Shown here: in pieces, positions 61,180 to 64,000 of the stretch
Layout of the letters: each line of letters begins with the position of its first letter
Numbering within the stretch: position 1 is the first letter of the stretch
Source: Desulfovibrio sp. MES5
Lineage (GTDB): Bacteria; Desulfobacterota; Desulfovibrionia; Desulfovibrionales; Desulfovibrionaceae
DNA length: 64,000 bases
Direction: 5' to 3'
Assembly (NCBI RefSeq): GCF_002237645.1
Contig: NZ_MJUZ01000016.1
Coordinates: forward strand, 15 to 64,014
The notes under the pieces: generated by a model
The model's input: only the letters and a program-made list of their open reading frames with translations
The model's database searches: none
What the model was told of the DNA's origin: nothing
Translations under genes and position numbers: made by a program

Positions 61180-63033
61180 TTATGCTCCAAAGCGCATGTG
61201 GCGCAAATAGTTCTGATGAAAATTCTTTTCTTCCACAAGGGGTAGTAGTCGAGCTGTGGCGCACAGTGCGGCCAGGTTTTCGCGCATATGCGCGTTGCGG
61301 GCCAGCAGGGCCGCGCCTTCCAGAGAGGCATTGCCAACAGCCCGCAGGCGCGGGGCCAGAGCCGAAGGCAAAAAGCCCAGCGTTTCAAGGTCGTGCGCCC
61401 GCACGTGTTCGCCCAGAGCGCCCGCCAGACACAGGGCGGCCACATCGCCGGGGGCAAGCCCCGCCGCCGCCAGCAGGCTTTCCAGCGCCAGGGCAAAGGC
61501 TGCCTTGACCTTGAGCAGTTCCTCCACGTCAGCTGCGCACAGCCACATGCCGTGGGGCAGACGCAAACGCATGCCCCCGCTGTCCTTGCCCGGCTCAAGG
61601 CACGCGGCCAGCCTGCGGGCCAGGGGCATGGCCGGAGCGGATTCAAAGCCTCCGTCCTCGCGCACAAGTTTAGTCCGCAGCAGCACGGCCAGCAATGACA
61701 CATAGCCGGTGGCGCTGATGCCCCGCGCCCTGCCGCCTTCCGCCGCCGGGCCCAGAAGCCCGCTGGCGGACGCTTGACGGCTGACAGCCTGACAGGAAGG
61801 ACACGGGCAGTGGCCGCCGTGTTCCCGCAGGTCATCTTCAGGCCGCCGGGCGAAAAAATGCGCCTCAAGGCCTGTGGGTGCAAGGCTGAAATCCGTGATC
61901 ACCCCCGGCCCGGCCAGTTGCCCGCACTGCGGGCCAATGCCCTCAAGGGCCGGGCCCAGCGGCACACTGGCCAGCAAAAGCCTGCCCGCCGCGTCCACAA
62001 GCGCCAGTTCCCCATTGGTGCCAAGATCCGCCAGCACAAAGGGACGCGGCATGTCCCCGGCCAGCAGCGCGGCCAGCCCCGCGCTCACGTCGCCGCCCAC
62101 AAAGGGAGCGGGCAAGGGCGGGATATACACTGGCGGCAGGTAGGGAACATGTACAGTTTCATGCCCGTCATGCGCAAGCCTGTAGGGAGCCGCGCACAGG
62201 CCGTCCACAGGCAGGTCCAGAAAAATGTCCGTCATGGCCGTATTGGCGGCAACGCACAGGCCCTCCACCCGCGCCGCGCCCTTTTGCTCAAGAAAATCCA
62301 CCACGTTTCGCAGGCTGCGCCGCACCAGATGGGACAGCACGCTGCGGCCTTGCGGCTGCCGCGCCACGGCCAGCCGCGACATGATATCCGCCCCGGCCCC
62401 GGCCTGCGGGTTCAGAAAACTGCCCTGCCCCACAGCCTCCGCCGTATTCTCGTTTTCTCCGTCGCTGGAAAGAGCAACGGCGCGCCAGTAAACAGACGTT
62501 GTGCCCAGATCCACAGCCAGGGCCAGCGGAAGGGGCTTTTCCGCCAGGATATCAACTGGGCCGTTTGCCGGTCCGCCTGCCAGAGCGCCCACCGGGCGAC
62601 CAGCCCCTGCCGGGGTTTCAGCCGGGTCGCTGCTGTCCGTCGTGTGCCGCATGTGGCGCTCTGCACGCATGGCGGCAACATCTTCCGGGCCAGACGGCGA
62701 GGCCATGCTTTCCTGTGGCAACTCCAGCGCGAGCTTTTCCCCGTCAGGCACTTGACGGCGGCACGCCAGACGCCAGCCCCCGGCCAGATCACTGGCGGAA
62801 AAAACCTCCGCTTCGGCGGGCAGGGGCGCTGGGGAGTTCGCCACAAAACGCACCCGGCAGCGGCCGCAGCGGCCAAGCCCGCCGCACAGGGGCTGGGGAG
62901 GCGTTTGCCCGGAAAGCCAGATGGCCTGCGAAAGGCTTTGGCCCGGCGCAGCCTCTATTTCAAGGGGCTTTGCGTCCGCGTTTTCCCCAGGAGATGCGGC
63001 AGTTCCGGCAGCGGAAAAAATTTGTAACAGCAT
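61180..63033 (-). CDS. RACo-like protein: N-terminal plant-type 2Fe-2S ferredoxin domain + ASKHA ATPase (DUF4445)
   Basis: CGGLGRCGRCRV cluster motif; ASKHA phosphate motifs LAVDLGTTSV and LADLGTNGELAL. GGAG SD 8 nt before ATG 63033; the track ORF starts at TTG 63063. Confidence 0.8.
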   Translation of the reverse strand: MLLQIFSAAGTAASPGENADAKPLEIEAAPGQSLSQAIWLSGQTPPQPLCGGLGRCGRCRVRFVANSPAPLPAEAEVFSASDLAGGWRLACRRQVPDGEKLALELPQESMASPSGPEDVAAMRAERHMRHTTDSSDPAETPAGAGRPVGALAGGPANGPVDILAEKPLPLALAVDLGTTSVYWRAVALSSDGENENTAEAVGQGSFLNPQAGAGADIMSRLAVARQPQGRSVLSHLVRRSLRNVVDFLEQKGAARVEGLCVAANTAMTDIFLDLPVDGLCAAPYRLAHDGHETVHVPYLPPVYIPPLPAPFVGGDVSAGLAALLAGDMPRPFVLADLGTNGELALVDAAGRLLLASVPLGPALEGIGPQCGQLAGPGVITDFSLAPTGLEAHFFARRPEDDLREHGGHCPCPSCQAVSRQASASGLLGPAAEGGRARGISATGYVSLLAVLLRTKLVREDGGFESAPAMPLARRLAACLEPGKDSGGMRLRLPHGMWLCAADVEELLKVKAAFALALESLLAAAGLAPGDVAALCLAGALGEHVRAHDLETLGFLPSALAPRLRAVGNASLEGAALLARNAHMRENLAALCATARLLPLVEEKNFHQNYLRHMRFGA

Positions 63034-63135
63034 GGGTATCGCTCCGGATGTAGCCTGCCTCAAGGGGCCATGGTTGGCAAGAAAAAGGCGTGCGCAACGC
63101 CGCCGCGCTGCCCCCCTTGCCCGCGCTTGTCAAAA

Positions 63136-63151
63136 TGGCCTTTTTCTTGCA
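63136..63151 (+). promoter_or_regulatory. Candidate sigma54 (-24/-12) promoter upstream of fliM
   Basis: TGGCCT-TTTTC-TTGCA with canonical GG-N10-GC spacing, 66 nt upstream of ATG 63217. Confidence 0.5.
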
Positions 63152-63216
63152 ATATTTTTGAGCAATAGTTGACGCAGGAAAAAGCAAACCCTCACCAGGC
63201 ATTTTTTGGGGCTGGC

Positions 63217-64000
63217 ATGAACAAAGTTTTGGCGCAAGATGAAGTGGATGCCCTGCTTCGCGGGCTTTCCGGCGGCGAAATTGAGAGCGAAGTTGAGGTT
63301 CCGGAAGACGATTCCGGCATTGTGGCCTTTGACCTTGCCAATCAGGACCGCATCATACGCGGGCGCATGCCCGTGCTTGAAATCGTCAATGACCGTTTCG
63401 CCCGGCTTTGCACCAACGCCCTTTCCAACTCCGTGCGCAAGCGCGTTGAACTGAATCCCATATCCATTGATATGACCAAGTTCGGCGAGTTCATGCGCTC
63501 TTTGCCCGTGCCCACGTCCATCAACATCTTCAAGATGGATCCCCTGCGCGGCAATGCCATCATGGTGGTGGACTCCCGTCTGGTCTTTGCCCTGGTGGAA
63601 AGCGTCTTTGGCGGCGCTGGCTCCCAACCCAAGGTGGAGGGTCGCGAATTCACCCGTATCGAGCAGGCCGTGGTGGACAAGATCGTCAAGATCGCCCTGG
63701 AAAATATGGAAGAATCCTGGCGGCCCGTACACGACGTGAAGCTGGAACTGGTGCGCAGTGAAATCAATCCGCAGTTCGCCGCCATTGTTCCGCCCAGCGA
63801 CGTTGTTGTCGTCATCACCTTTGAGGTCGAGCTTGATACGGCCCTGGGCTCCATGATCATTTGCCTGCCCTATGCCACCATCGAGCCTATCCGCTCCAAG
63901 CTGCACGCCAGCTTTCAGACGGAACGCCTTGAAGTGGACCACGCCTGGGTGGCGCGCCTCAAGGAGCGCCTGCTGGAAACCCCCATTGAACTCAAGGTGC
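63217..64000 (+). CDS. fliM: Flagellar motor switch protein FliM (5' part; runs off the window)
   Basis: Not in the ORF track because no stop falls in the window. My translation from ATG 63217 reads MNKVLAQDEVDALLRGLSGG...AFDLANQDRIIRGRMPVLEIVNDRFAR...LVFALVESVFGGAG, a classic FliM N-terminus (CheY-P binding LSQDEIDALL-like motif). Confidence 0.85.
   Translation, partial: MNKVLAQDEVDALLRGLSGGEIESEVEVPEDDSGIVAFDLANQDRIIRGRMPVLEIVNDRFARLCTNALSNSVRKRVELNPISIDMTKFGEFMRSLPVPTSINIFKMDPLRGNAIMVVDSRLVFALVESVFGGAGSQPKVEGREFTRIEQAVVDKIVKIALENMEESWRPVHDVKLELVRSEINPQFAAIVPPSDVVVVITFEVELDTALGSMIICLPYATIEPIRSKLHASFQTERLEVDHAWVARLKERLLETPIELKV

Noticed and set aside
59695-63027. Long overlapping ORFs 59695..61056 (+), 60147..61883 (-), 60357..61508 (+) and 61774..63027 (+)
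   Set aside because: They are alternate-frame or antisense readings of the Rsm22-like and RACo-like genes. 60147..61883 even bridges the two real genes in a different frame. The repetitive GC-rich sequence keeps several frames open.
63130-63942. 270-aa minus-strand ORF at the right edge
   Set aside because: It is antisense to fliM. fliM is missing from the track only because it has no stop inside the window, and its plus-strand translation is a textbook FliM N-terminus.

Overview
GC-rich chromosomal segment that looks deltaproteobacterial and Desulfovibrio-like. This is an inference from gene content: the napC-napM-napA-napD-napG-napH order without napB matches what is described for Desulfovibrio desulfuricans, and rubrerythrin and multihaem cytochromes are present. 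All calls come from reading the ORF translations and the DNA, with no searches run.

I support about 45 protein genes:
- a stand-alone GATase, a DMT transporter, an APC amino-acid permease divergent from a class V aminotransferase, and an XRE regulator beside an AT-rich islet
- a periplasmic-SBP/degenerate-GGDEF/EAL protein
- a minus-strand operon of TolC, LapB-like ABC exporter, HlyD adaptor, degenerate HD-GYP sensor and glycosyltransferase
- rubrerythrin, a Ser/Gly-rich FlxA-like protein, a DUF45 metalloprotein, KtrAB, and thiC behind a TPP riboswitch
- DUF486 and TauE membrane proteins, DUF1090, a GlcG-like protein, a lipoprotein, and a UPF0210 + double-ACT pair
- lysS, napCMADGH, lolCD, bamA, a large AMIN/amidase protein, skp, fabZ, an unknown membrane protein, cfa, a YdjM-like protein and nrdJ
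- an Rsm22/METTL17-like methyltransferase with a roughly 330-aa repetitive disordered N-terminus, translationally coupled to a RACo-like 2Fe-2S/ASKHA protein
- the 5' part of fliM

No rRNA, tRNA, CRISPR array, transposase or integrase gene was seen.

The features least explained by ordinary annotation are:
1. The T1SS operon that continues into a catalytically degenerate HD-GYP sensor. Both of its inner-membrane components carry long low-complexity N-terminal extensions.
2. The RACo-like/Rsm22-like coupled pair.
3. Several families of dispersed structured intergenic repeats. These are a 40-bp GC palindrome in 5 copies with compensatory arm changes, foldback MITE-like elements with 13-17-bp terminal inverted repeats (one apparently nested in a palindrome copy), and a ~130-bp element found in the same orientation upstream of both fabZ and cfa. 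They cluster at breaks in the bamA-skp-fabZ envelope gene cluster.

Many long ORFs in the track are mirror or alternate-frame artefacts of high GC and were rejected.
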